DNA of 64,000 bases from Lytechinus pictus (taxonomy: Eukaryota), in the NCBI RefSeq assembly GCF_037042905.1, contig NC_087251.1, forward strand, positions 31,064,001-31,128,000. The letters run 5' to 3'. Made by a program: the position numbers and the translations under genes. Below are positions 53,663 through 64,000 of the stretch, piece by piece; the first letter of the stretch is position 1, and each line of letters opens with the position of its first letter. The notes beneath the pieces are model-generated. The model was not told the origin of the DNA and ran no database searches. It saw only the letters and a program-made list of their open reading frames with translations.

Positions 53663-54590
53663 ATAATGGCAAGTTCCCCAAGATGCGCAGTCCCCCTTGT
53701 CTGCACACACGCGTAGATATCTGCGCGATTCTATTTCTAGTAAAAGAAGATACGCAACGAACACAGAATTTACACATGCAATACATAGACAGGTATTCAT
53801 TTAAAAAATCTGACTCAAAATGGTGGAAAAATAATGAATTATGGGCATTTCATGTGACGGCCTCAAAATGCAGCCTTTTTCATCAAACTCCCTGAATCGT
53901 GTGCAAAGTGAATGGGTGCGCAAACATGGATGGGGGATCGGGTGTCCGGACACTTTATATTTTTGAAGCCTTCTTTTTTGTCTTTGGATTACACTAAAAA
54001 TATGAATTCAATAGTTATAATCATCTTCAATTTTGTTCTCTCTAATATTTCCTAACATTTTGAACTAAAAATTGATGAAACTTCGCTTGTAAATTTTTCC
54101 AAATTACTTTCTAAAATTGATCGTCCGGACACACAACCTGTCCGGACACACAACAACTGGGTAGGCCTATTAGATACCTTTTTTTTTTCAATCTGAAATT
54201 GACTGCCTAAGGTTTTTTCCAAGAAAATCCTATATTTCTTTCAAATTTGTATGAGATATTTTGTACACTTACAATATGGAACATTGTTATCTGAAAGATT
54301 TTGTGAAATAAAAATGTATGTTAAATCTTAACTCAAAATGTTAGATGCGCAGACTTGGGGACCACCATCATATACCCAGTTGTGTGTCCGGACGATCAAT
54401 TTTAGAAAGTCATTTGGAAAAATTTACAAGGGAAGTTTTATCAATTTTGAGTACAAAATATCAGGAAATATTATAGAGAACAAAATAGAAGATGATTACA
54501 ACTATTGATTTCGTATTTTTAGTGTAATCCAAAGACAAAAAAGAAGGCTTCAAAAATATAAAGTGTCCGGACACCCGACCCCCCATCCTA
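53663..54590. mobile_element. Interdigitated TIR elements
   Basis: Pair A 53663-53690 / 54346-54372; pair B 53927-54163 / 54373-54590. Confidence 0.7.
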
Positions 54591-54882
54591 CAACATTTTA
54601 CTTCCATGGATATTCTCTTTTCTGACATCACATAAACCTGAATGTAGAAAGAGTGTCAGTCAATGATCAAACTGGTGGGTGTTTCATAAAGCAGTTCGTA
54701 AGTTAAGACTCTGAGCGACTGCTGATCCTTTCTTGTGGTAAATGGTACAGTATATTCATTGGCGATGGTTATGTGCGTAAGAAAGGTTCACCAGTCGTTC
54801 TTAAAGTCACTCTTAACTTGCAAACAGCTTTATGAAACGGCCCCCTGTTATAGCCAACCTTGAAAACCTCATTCTCAGTTTA

Positions 54883-55490
54883 AGGACAAGTCCACTCAAA
54901 CAAATAGTTGATTTGAATAAAAAGAGAAAAATCCAACAAGCATAACAATGAAAATTTCATCAAAATCGGATGTAAAATAAGAAAGTTATGACATTTTAAA
55001 GTTTCGCTTAATTTAACAAAACAGTTACATGTATATGCACATATCCTGGTCGGTATGCAAATGAGACTGATGACGTCATCCACTCACTATTTCTTTTGTA
55101 TTTTGTTATATGACATGAAATATTCTGATTTTCTCCTCATTGTCAAGTGAAACAACGTTTAATTCCTCCCTGAACATGTGGAATTAGCATTCTTTAATAC
55201 TAATACTATATACATGTATATGGTTGAGTCAAGTTATTCCGTATTGTCAAATCTGTAAAAAAATGAAATATTGTATAATTCAAACTTTTAATAAAAAACA
55301 AAAGAAATAGTGAGTGAGTGACATCGACTGTCTCAATTGCAGTTTCACTGTTTTGTGAAAAATAAGCAAAAATTTAAAATGTTCTAACTTTCTTATTTTA
55401 GATCCGATTTTGATGAAATTTTCAGCATTATGCTTGTCTGATTTTTCTCTATTTATTCAAATCAACACTTTGTAGGGGTGAACTTGACCT
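54883..55490. mobile_element. Copy of the 4397 TTAA MITE family
   Basis: AGGACAAGTCCAC ... GTGAACTTGACCT-TTAA. Confidence 0.85.
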
Positions 55491-56357
55491 TTAAGGTTTT
55501 ATAAATAACAACACAATTACATTTTAAGCAATAACACACATTTAAAATGAGATAAATATATAGAACATCTGATCTTTTGTCTCCTTTGGTTGTGGGTTGT
55601 AACTTACATGTAGTAGACGGTACATTCTTCCTTCCATTTTGTAATCGGACAAAAAAGCTCCCTTTGTATGTCAAAGAAGAGCTTTTTGCAGTGCTCCCCT
55701 GCATGTACCTCTCCTCTTTAGGTTTAGGTTTTCGGAGAGCTTTTTATTGCTCCCCTCATACATGTAATTATAAAATTGAGTCCCTGGACCAGTAAGTTCT
55801 AAACAAAATTCTGGTTTAGAATGTTGTTTACAAGGTACTTGAATAACAAGTACACACCCCCTCCACTTCTCTGACCTATTTTTTGAGGTCATCAAATACA
55901 ATTCATGTGGTCATCCTTCTAGTAGGCCTACATGTAGATGGGACAAAATTGAATGGTTCCATAGCTTCTGCTTGACCAGATTACATCGTTCCAAAGGGAA
56001 AATATATCATAGCAAAGCTATACAAAACATAACTTCAAACCTGCTATAACCCTAAACATTATATTCATGTATGTTCTGAACTCAATCGTAACTACAATTT
56101 ACAAATATTTTGTTTGAGAAAGTACTGTAGTCAAATAGTGGAAATATTTAATCTGAGGTTGGTTTGGCAATTACTATTTTTCCTGAGGGGCAAAGCCCCG
56201 AGGGAAAATAGTAACATTGCCAGAACAACCGAGGATGAATACTTCCACGATACTTTCGAAAGAAACGTCCGGTATATTTGTTTTATATCCCTAAACCCTA
56301 TTCCCTTCCATATTAAAGTTTGAAGGAAAAAAATTGGTAATCTAGTCCTAATTGACC

Positions 56358-56765
56358 TACCTCAAGTGATGTTCGTGCAGGCCACTCCACTTCACTACCG
56401 CTACACTATGCTACACCTACCCGAAGATCAAGGTCCAAAACTCGCTCTGATACTCCGAGTGGCAAAGGTGGGGTAAAATGCATATTTATTGTAAAAACGG
56501 CATCAAAAAAGAATAAAAGCTTAATTTCTTACTTTACACCCTAATTTCACTCCATATCCATCTCCAGTTAGCCTAAAAATTGATGATATAGAGCCAACAT
56601 CGAGCTCCTCACACGTATAAATAATTCGCTGCCGATTTAAAAACAACACATGCGCATGCGCGAGGGTCTGCTCGGACCCTTGCGCATATGCGCATGCAAT
56701 GTTTTGAAATCGGTAGCAAATTATTTATCCGTGGAGTGGAGCCTGCACGAACATCACTTGAGGTA
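56358..56765. mobile_element. MITE with 9-bp TSD
   Basis: Perfect 25-bp TIR TACCTCAAGTGATGTTCGTGCAGGC; TAATTGACC at 56349-56357 and 56766-56774. Confidence 0.88.
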
Positions 56766-56862
56766 TAATTGACCCATCTCCATGATCTTGAAAAAATCTA
56801 AATCGGCTTTATAGTTAGCCATGCAAAATTGGCTTATCAAGCTATCTGGTTTCTGAATCATG

Positions 56863-57340
56863 AGGTGGTTTCAGACCGCCTCGAAGTTCGCCAGTTCCAG
56901 GTATTCTCTGATCGGGAAATTTACTCCGATCAGAAAATACCAGGTATTTTGGCGGTCTGAAAGCAAACTACGCGTAATATCCCCGAAAGAAAATACCCGA
57001 TAAATAGTAGGTACTTGGCGAAATTACGAGAACTTTCGCGGGGATTTTTCCAAGGTCGTGGGTATTTTGGCGGTCTGAAAGCAAATTACGGGAACTTTTA
57101 GCCCAGCGTGTCGTTGGGTGCGGCGCCGTGCATGGGTTGCTGCTGGGCTAGTGATTTTGAATTTCGCGCCTTGCTGCTTATCAGACCATACTGCGCATGC
57201 TCGTAACTTCAGGAACTTATCCCGAAGGGTATGTTTCAGGGCGGTGTGAATGCAGGAATAATTAATGGGTATTTTTCAGCCTAAAAAAGTTCTCGTAATT
57301 TAACGGGGATTCTTGTGATCGAGGCGGTTTGAAACCACCT
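56863..57340. mobile_element. Harbinger-like MITE, 3-bp TSD
   Basis: TIR AGGTGGTTTCARACCGCCTCGA; ATG on both flanks. Confidence 0.85.
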
Positions 57341-58898
57341 ATGGACTGCACATGTCTGCTGCACCAGCTCCCAAGCATCACTCGGGGTGCACGGTGGTTT
57401 GGTGTTGTGCGGCGGCTGTGAGCTCTTCTGATTCCACCTACCGGTTAAAGGTTGTGAGTTTACCCTGCTGAACTAATATCAAGCAGCCTGAATCTTTTGA
57501 TGATGGTCATCATTAATTATATTTTCAGCATACAGATTCAATTATAAACAAGCAAGACGCGATATCACAATTGACATTTAGTTATCCGAAAGTTTGTGAT
57601 TTAGCTAGCATTGCATTTCTACCTGTGCTGATTGCGCTGCGCTCAGCGTAACCGGATAAAGCATCTGCACCGTCACATCACTAGACTTGCTCTGTCCCCG
57701 AGTGATTGCTTGGTTTGCAGTCGGACGCAAAATAGTAAAAAAAAAGATATTCTACTATGACGCCACAAACTATTAAATATTTGATGAATTTCGTTTTTCT
57801 GGTGAAATTATGATTACCCGGTAGTCACATGAAGTGCTCTATCTCGACCAATGTAGCAACATATTTTCAGTAAGGGATAGAATACAGTAGCCTACATTAT
57901 GCCTACTCACACTCCAACCTTGGACAATACAAATAAGTACCAGGCTCACTGTATGTGTGCAAAGAAAGTGTAATACCAAACCAAGAGTATTAATTGTAGG
58001 CCTACCAGTACAAAAATAAAGAGTGAAAAAATATGATGTCATTTCATGATTTTGTTTGGTGTTCTGTATTTTTAGTATACTTTCTAATTCTATTTTTTCT
58101 TTCCTTCCTTGATAATGTTAAAATGTAATATTTTCTTTTTCTTTTTAAATAGCTCTTTGAAACTTTTTTCTTTTAATATTTTTTTCTTAGTATTTTTTTA
58201 AAACTTGTACAAAAAACAAAATGTATATTATAATTAAGCTCTTTCTAAACTAACAAAGTATCAATACCCATCAAATAGTTATTGCCATTTATATGAAGTT
58301 TACTGTAAAGTGTAAACATGTCCATACATCTTTCTTTGTAATCATTTAATAGCAATGTAGTACAAATAATATTTTAGGCAGTTGGTTTACATCCAGGTAT
58401 TCCAGGACATACATAAAATGCATTTCATGTTCAATTTACATGTTTTAAATGTAGTACATGGCTTAATAGTGTGCCACTTAAGCATTTTACAAATGTACTT
58501 GGCTAAGCATGATGCTTATATTCATATTACATCTATTTCACTATATCAATCCAAATTTAAGCAAAATACTTAGTAATCACCATAGTGACGTCATAAAGTT
58601 TGAGCCGAAGAATGCGCATTGTATGAATGTATGACTGTATGAATCAGTTTGTAAACTTTAAATGCAAGCCAGACTTAAGCCTGGTACGTGTAGGTGGCTG
58701 ACTTTATAATAGCTTTAAGAAAAATACTTTGCCAAAAAATGCAATTGAATACCAAAGATGGTTAGGTATTTTTAAAGCAAAATACTGAATAAATACTACA
58801 TTTCTGGCTGTAAGTATCGAATTGAATAACAGCCCTGTACTTTTGGCAGTTTGCAATAGTGCCTGTATAAAAATTATACAAAATAGTAACACAGATAG

Positions 58899-60271
58899 AG
58901 AGGCTGCCAACTCTCACGCAATGTGCGTGAGTCTCACACAATTCACCCGATTCTCACGCTCTCACGCTGATCATAGGAATTTTCACGCTGAACCCCGAAA
59001 ATAGAGAGAAAAAAAGTTTATTTGCCTATATCGGATATTCAATAACATTTATATAACCCGGCCAGGCAAAATTTACAAAGTTTTTAACCACACAAGCGCA
59101 AAGCTAAACCATCAATGCAAATTGGTTTCGGTTTGCTGTGCAAAGACAAGATATTGAGTTGCCATTGGCTTTAATACTGTATCCCGCGTGTGAGAGCTAG
59201 TGACGTCGAAATTTTACTATGAAGCGGGGTTTTTGTGCGAGGCACAACGAGCGATCGAGTGTCAATGCAATGCCATGCCATGGCGATAGGAATACATGAT
59301 ATCCCCACATATGCATTTGTGTGTGTGTGTTGATACACTTAGTTTCTTTCGTAGCTTTATTTTAATTGAGCCAAAAAGAAACTGATAATTTATTTATGAT
59401 GATAGTTTTAGCTTTCTTCCTCTGTTTTCTTTCTATCTTTCTTTCCCTCTTTCTTTTCAATCTTTCTTTGTTTCTTCCATCTCTTTCATTTTTTTGTTAC
59501 TGTTTTCTTTTTTAATTTCCCTTTTTTTCTTTGTCTTTCGTTCTTTCTGTCCTTTAAAAGAATATTTTTCTCTATTTCTTTTTCTTTCTTTCTTTTTTAT
59601 TTCTTTCTTTCTTTAATTCTTGAGTCCATCCATCCTACATGTATATCTCTTCTTTCTTTCTTTCATTCATTCTTTCTTTTCTTCCTTCTTTTTCCCTTTC
59701 TTTCCTTCATTCTTTGTTTCTTTCTTTGTTTATTCTTCCTTCCATCCATCCTTTCTTTAAAATACCCTTTCTTGTTTTTTTTTCTTCCTTCTTTCAGACT
59801 TTTCTTTCTTTCTTTCTTACCTTCATTAATTCCTTCCTTTCTTTGTCTTTGGGTCTTTTTTTTTTTCTTCCTTTCATCTATTCTTTTACCTTTTCATTTA
59901 TTTTTATATTGCTTGCTTGCTTCCTTCCTTCTTTATTTATTTTCTTCATTCTTTTTTTCCTTAAGGGAGCAGCAGATAATCACGGGTTGAGGTTTCACTG
60001 CTAAGCTTATAAAGACAGATGATTTTTAATAATGCACTTAAAAATGTGGAATTTTTTTCAAGGTCAGTGAACTTCATTAAAAAAGTCAATTAACCTATTT
60101 GAATCCTTCCTTATGTATTTATGGAATCAGAGTTAAAAGTATGTGCCAGATTTTACCATTTAAATAGCAAAATTTTAAAAGCCCCCTTCCACACCATCCC
60201 CCCTCGGGCTTGGTTGTTTCGCTCCCTCGCAATGTCTCACTCCAAACTCTTTTCAAAAGTTGGCAGCCCTG
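58899..60271. mobile_element. hAT-like non-autonomous element containing a CT-rich low-complexity tract
   Basis: GGCTGCCAACT ... AGTTGGCAGCCCTG termini; subterminal TCTCACGC repeats; (CTTT)n-like tract at ~59410-59960. Confidence 0.65.
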
Positions 60272-61072
60272 CAGACCAATGGCCCAGTTTCAGTATGTAC
60301 GCATACAAATACTGTATTTTACCCATAGTGTATTCAGTGTTTACAATTTCAGACTGGAGAAGTTGAGATACAATCATGGAGGATAATACATTTTAAACGT
60401 ATACATGTACGCCTACACTATACTGTATCTGCATCTGTAAATGTGTGCACATCATCATTCCAGTTGCATCCAGAACCAGTGACCCAATTTCAACACACCC
60501 CTTGATGTATTAAAACCCAGGACAAGTGTTCACTTTGTAAATTAGATACTACAAGATGTACATGTAGGCCTACCGTGTAGAATACAACTCAGGCCTGCGG
60601 TACATGACAGTCTGGGTACATGTAAAGTCGCTCAATATCTGCTGTACAGACAATACAGATTGTGTGTACATGTAGTAGTACCTACATGTAGTGCATGTGC
60701 ATGACTATTTGTTGGCATGCTGCATGATGCCACTGGACTTCTGTATTTTGGACACAAGTTAATTAGAAGAATTTAAAAAAGAAGAAAATATGAGGGGGAT
60801 GTGTACAGTATTGTAATTGGGAGACTTGTCCATCTTTGAATTGCACAAGTTGCACTTTAATTTGATGAAATTAGGGAAGGGAAACTGATTTGACAGAAAT
60901 GTAGGCTTACACGTGTAGTTTAAGTCTTCAATGCTCAATAGGTTCTGAAGTACATGGGAATAAAAAAATTCTTTATTTATTGTTTTAATTGAAGAGGTAT
61001 AAAATCTATGTATGAAGATATCACTTTATAGGAAAGAGACAAAAGAAAAAGAAGAAATCGAAAGAATTGGAA

Positions 61073-63490
61073 ATAGATAGATAGATAGATAGATAAATGG
61101 TTTTATTGATAAAAATCACATATAAAAATACACACAGGCATGGTAGTTCAAAAAACTCTATTGCGCCATGAATTTACAATAAAGGTATACATAGTATATT
61201 ATTTGATGGAATATTAATTATCACAAAAAAATAATTTAAAAGAGAATACAAAATCATTCACAAGGACACACATTAAACATTCATACCCAAGCATGCACAC
61301 ACCCTCTCACTCACCCCGCATCCAGACACACACACACACACTATACAAACAAAAGTACATACTCAAATTTACATGGGGTGGATAAAACCAAATCATTAGT
61401 ACGGTTATTAAACAGATGGGGAACACGGCATTGCTACATGTAGAAGATTCAAAGGAATAGGTGTCAAAATATTAAATTTAAAGCGTATTTATACATGATG
61501 AAAAACAGAAGTATATCTAACAAATTTATGAAGGAAGGGTAGGGAAACATATGAAGGTCTCCAGATTTCAAGTGTAAGTGTGTGTCTTTAAATAAAAATA
61601 CAGAAAGAATAGAAATAATATAAACAGTTGAAACAAAAAGATAAATCATACATGTTATATCTAAATACATTATACTGGAATACATATCTGAAATAAACAT
61701 CACATGTTAAAGACATATGTGGGCCCTATCATCCTGTACATAGGTATTTACTCCGAGTTAAACAGTTTTGTCATGAATGGCACTGGGCTATTTTTTAATC
61801 GGTCAGTGCGACACCTAGGTACTTTGAAGCGTTTCGCTTGTCGGATTGTTTCTCACAAACCAATCTTCGCAGACGTTCAACTTGATCACAGACTTGGCAA
61901 AAGAGAGACAGAGAGACTGCCTCCTTGACTGCAGACCTGAGATACCTGCCAATTAAAGGGCTGTGTTGTAGGACGATCCTGGAAATATCAGCCGAAGGGC
62001 ACGCTTCTGGATCCTTTTGATTGACTCTGATTGGATCACTGTCAAACTAGAATGCCAAACTGGACACGCATATTCAAGAATGGGTCGGACAAATCCAATG
62101 TACACGTCACAAGATCGGCAGGGGGCAATCTAAACTCCTTCAGTCTCCGCAACATGTAAAGGCGAGAAGATGCTCTTGAAATCATCATACGAACATGGAT
62201 TCCCCACTTTAGGTCACTCTGGATGGTAACTCCAAGTAGCTTAATTTCCATCACTTTCTTGAGGATTTCATTACACAATGTAAAATCCAATACAGGTAGA
62301 GGGGATTTGCTGAAGTTCACTCTCATGATGTTGCATTTTTGCGGATTCAGACGAACATTGTTACTCTTACACCAACCTTCAAGATTAGTTAGAACAATTT
62401 TCATTGAATCACCATGATTCAAATTACAAGTATCCACAGTCGCAATTGACATATCATCGACATATTTCCAATGCCTTGCTGAGGAATCACGCATGACATC
62501 GTTGATAAGAACAAGAAAAAGAAGGGGACCCAGTCGGGTGCCCTGAGGGACCCCCGCAGTCAATGTCCTAGAAGATGAAAGAATTCCATGATAGCGCACC
62601 TTACTCTCTCGAGCTACAAGGAAGTTACGTACATACCCATTCAACTTACCACGGTCGGACTTCCAGGGAGATCAGCTTGTTGATAAGAACAGTGTGATCT
62701 ACACGGTCAAAAGCACGACTGAAGTCTGTTGACACAATTGATGTAATACTACAGGGTATTTCAGTACTTGCACAGAGACAGTTGTAGACATCAACCAGAC
62801 ATTGCGTAGTAGAGCGATTTGCTCTTGCGCCAAACTGCTTGGGGTCGTATTTGCTTTCAATGTCAGATAACAGTTGGCGGTATATAAATGATTCAGCAAT
62901 CTTAGAGAAATAATCCATTAATGAGATCGGCCTTTGCTTATCAATTGAGGTAGCGGATCTTTCCTTTGGGATGGGGACGATGATTGCTCTTTTCCACTGA
63001 GAAGGTACAATACCGGACTGGTATGGCGAATTGATAACTTCACTCAGCGGGGTTGCTAATTCAACAGAAAACTCCTTCAAGATGCGGGTAGGAATACCAT
63101 CAGAGCCACTTGACTTTCCTGGTTTGATTCGGTACAGTTCTTTGTAGACTTCATAAGGTTGTATTAAGACTAAAGTTCTTGGGCTTCTGAGCAGGAAGGA
63201 ATGCGGGCAGACTTTGTGAATCTAATTCAGGAATGTCACGACTGACGTTTGCAAACTGATCATTCACTGCATCAGCAATGGCCAACTCATCTAGATCTGG
63301 TGATTCAGGAATTGAGATGGTGCTTGATGTTTTGCATGAAGTCATGATTTTCAGGTGCTTTATATACCAACAAGACGGATTTTCACGTTTAAGTTTCATA
63401 ACTCGGTCCTTGTAGAAGTTTTCTTTGAGGTTAGCATTTTCACGTTGAACCTTGTTGCGCAAACGCTTCCATTCAACGATATTATGGAAG
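61073..63490 (-). mobile_element. Degenerate 5'-truncated non-LTR retrotransposon (CR1/L2 group), RT pseudo-ORF
   Basis: RT motifs WKRAIIVPIPK, RPISL, DFSRAFDRVDH, GVPQGTRLGPLLF, YVDD (62453-62464), LLGVTIQSDLKW spread over frameshifted ORFs; 3' AATAAA (61102-61107) and (ATCT)n tail. Confidence 0.93.
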
Positions 63491-63498
63491 GGAGGAAC

Positions 63499-63690
63499 CA
63501 TAATAATAATAATAAAAACGGTATATTTACCCAAGGTAGCCACTTCAGTTCCAAAAACTGTTCTTCCAGCGGGCCCTGCAATTATTATTACCCGGCTAAG
63601 CTAGGCTACCTATTCAGGTGCACACAGCTTTTTGAGGAATTACTTCCTGCCGGTACCCATTTATCTCACCTGGGTCGAGTGCAGCACACC
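63499..63690 (-). mobile_element. SINE 3' fragment
   Basis: (TTA)n tail and CCCAGGTGAGATAAATGGGTACCGG core related to the 9454 SINE. Confidence 0.75.
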
Positions 63691-64000
63691 ATCCCTTTGT
63701 AATACATTATACACAAAAAGAAAATAGGAGCAAATTATGATAAAAACATATGTACATGTAATGCTTCCTTGGCTGTAATATCTCTTATCAGTATCCTTGT
63801 TTATTATGAATGGCTTGTGTACATGTATACATCTGAATCAAATGTCATGTACATGTACACATTTTATTGAGCACTTTTAGAAATGTACGTCCACATAGTG
63901 GACTGGTACGAGATGACGTCATTTTTTGGCGTTCCATATGCCTCAGGTCCTCACACACGTCCACTATCAGAATCGAGAACCTCGCCACATCTATTTTGCG

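Larger units (their letters stand above)
56130..57885. mobile_element. Hairpin-headed non-autonomous element (Crypton-like architecture, tentative) hosting nested MITEs
   Basis: Long hairpin at 56138-56248 with GCAAAGC loop; TATATCCCT (56285) is inverse-related to AGGGATAGAATA near 57872. Confidence 0.4.

Noticed and set aside
59639..60004. Hydrophobic Phe/Leu/Ser ORFs resembling membrane proteins
   Set aside because: CT-rich low-complexity tract inside a TE
62042..63543. Functional reverse transcriptase or retron-like system
   Set aside because: Multiple frameshifts, 5' truncation and an ordinary LINE 3' tail

Overview
Eukaryotic (metazoan) genomic DNA, AT-rich and transposon-dense. The repeat content suggests a sea urchin or other echinoderm, but that is inference. 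The window holds the 3' part of a spliced BTBD7 gene on the + strand: 8 coding exons traced by hand at 1-337, 875-1083, 3035-3110, 8712-8857, 10685-10843, 12802-12976, 24131-24444 and 40144-40350. All introns are GT..AG with consistent phases, giving 540 aa plus a stop. A long AU-rich putative 3'UTR region follows, then a CpG-rich promoter and short first coding exon (MATVHREKR) of an unidentified + strand gene near 52.7-53.1 kb. Most of the rest is transposable-element derived: many MITE families (several nested), tRNA-derived SINEs, a TSD-flanked L1/Tx1-like 3' fragment and a degenerate CR1/L2-group LINE. Three observations stand out. (i) Two consecutive BTBD7 exons are each preceded by a partial tandem copy that keeps an intact splice acceptor. 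(ii) A ~4.8 kb intronic fold-back element has arms carrying RFX X-box palindromes at ~160 bp spacing. (iii) Tandem duplications of ~140-165 bp recur. I see no prokaryote-type systems such as CRISPR, and no clearly demonstrable novel protein system.
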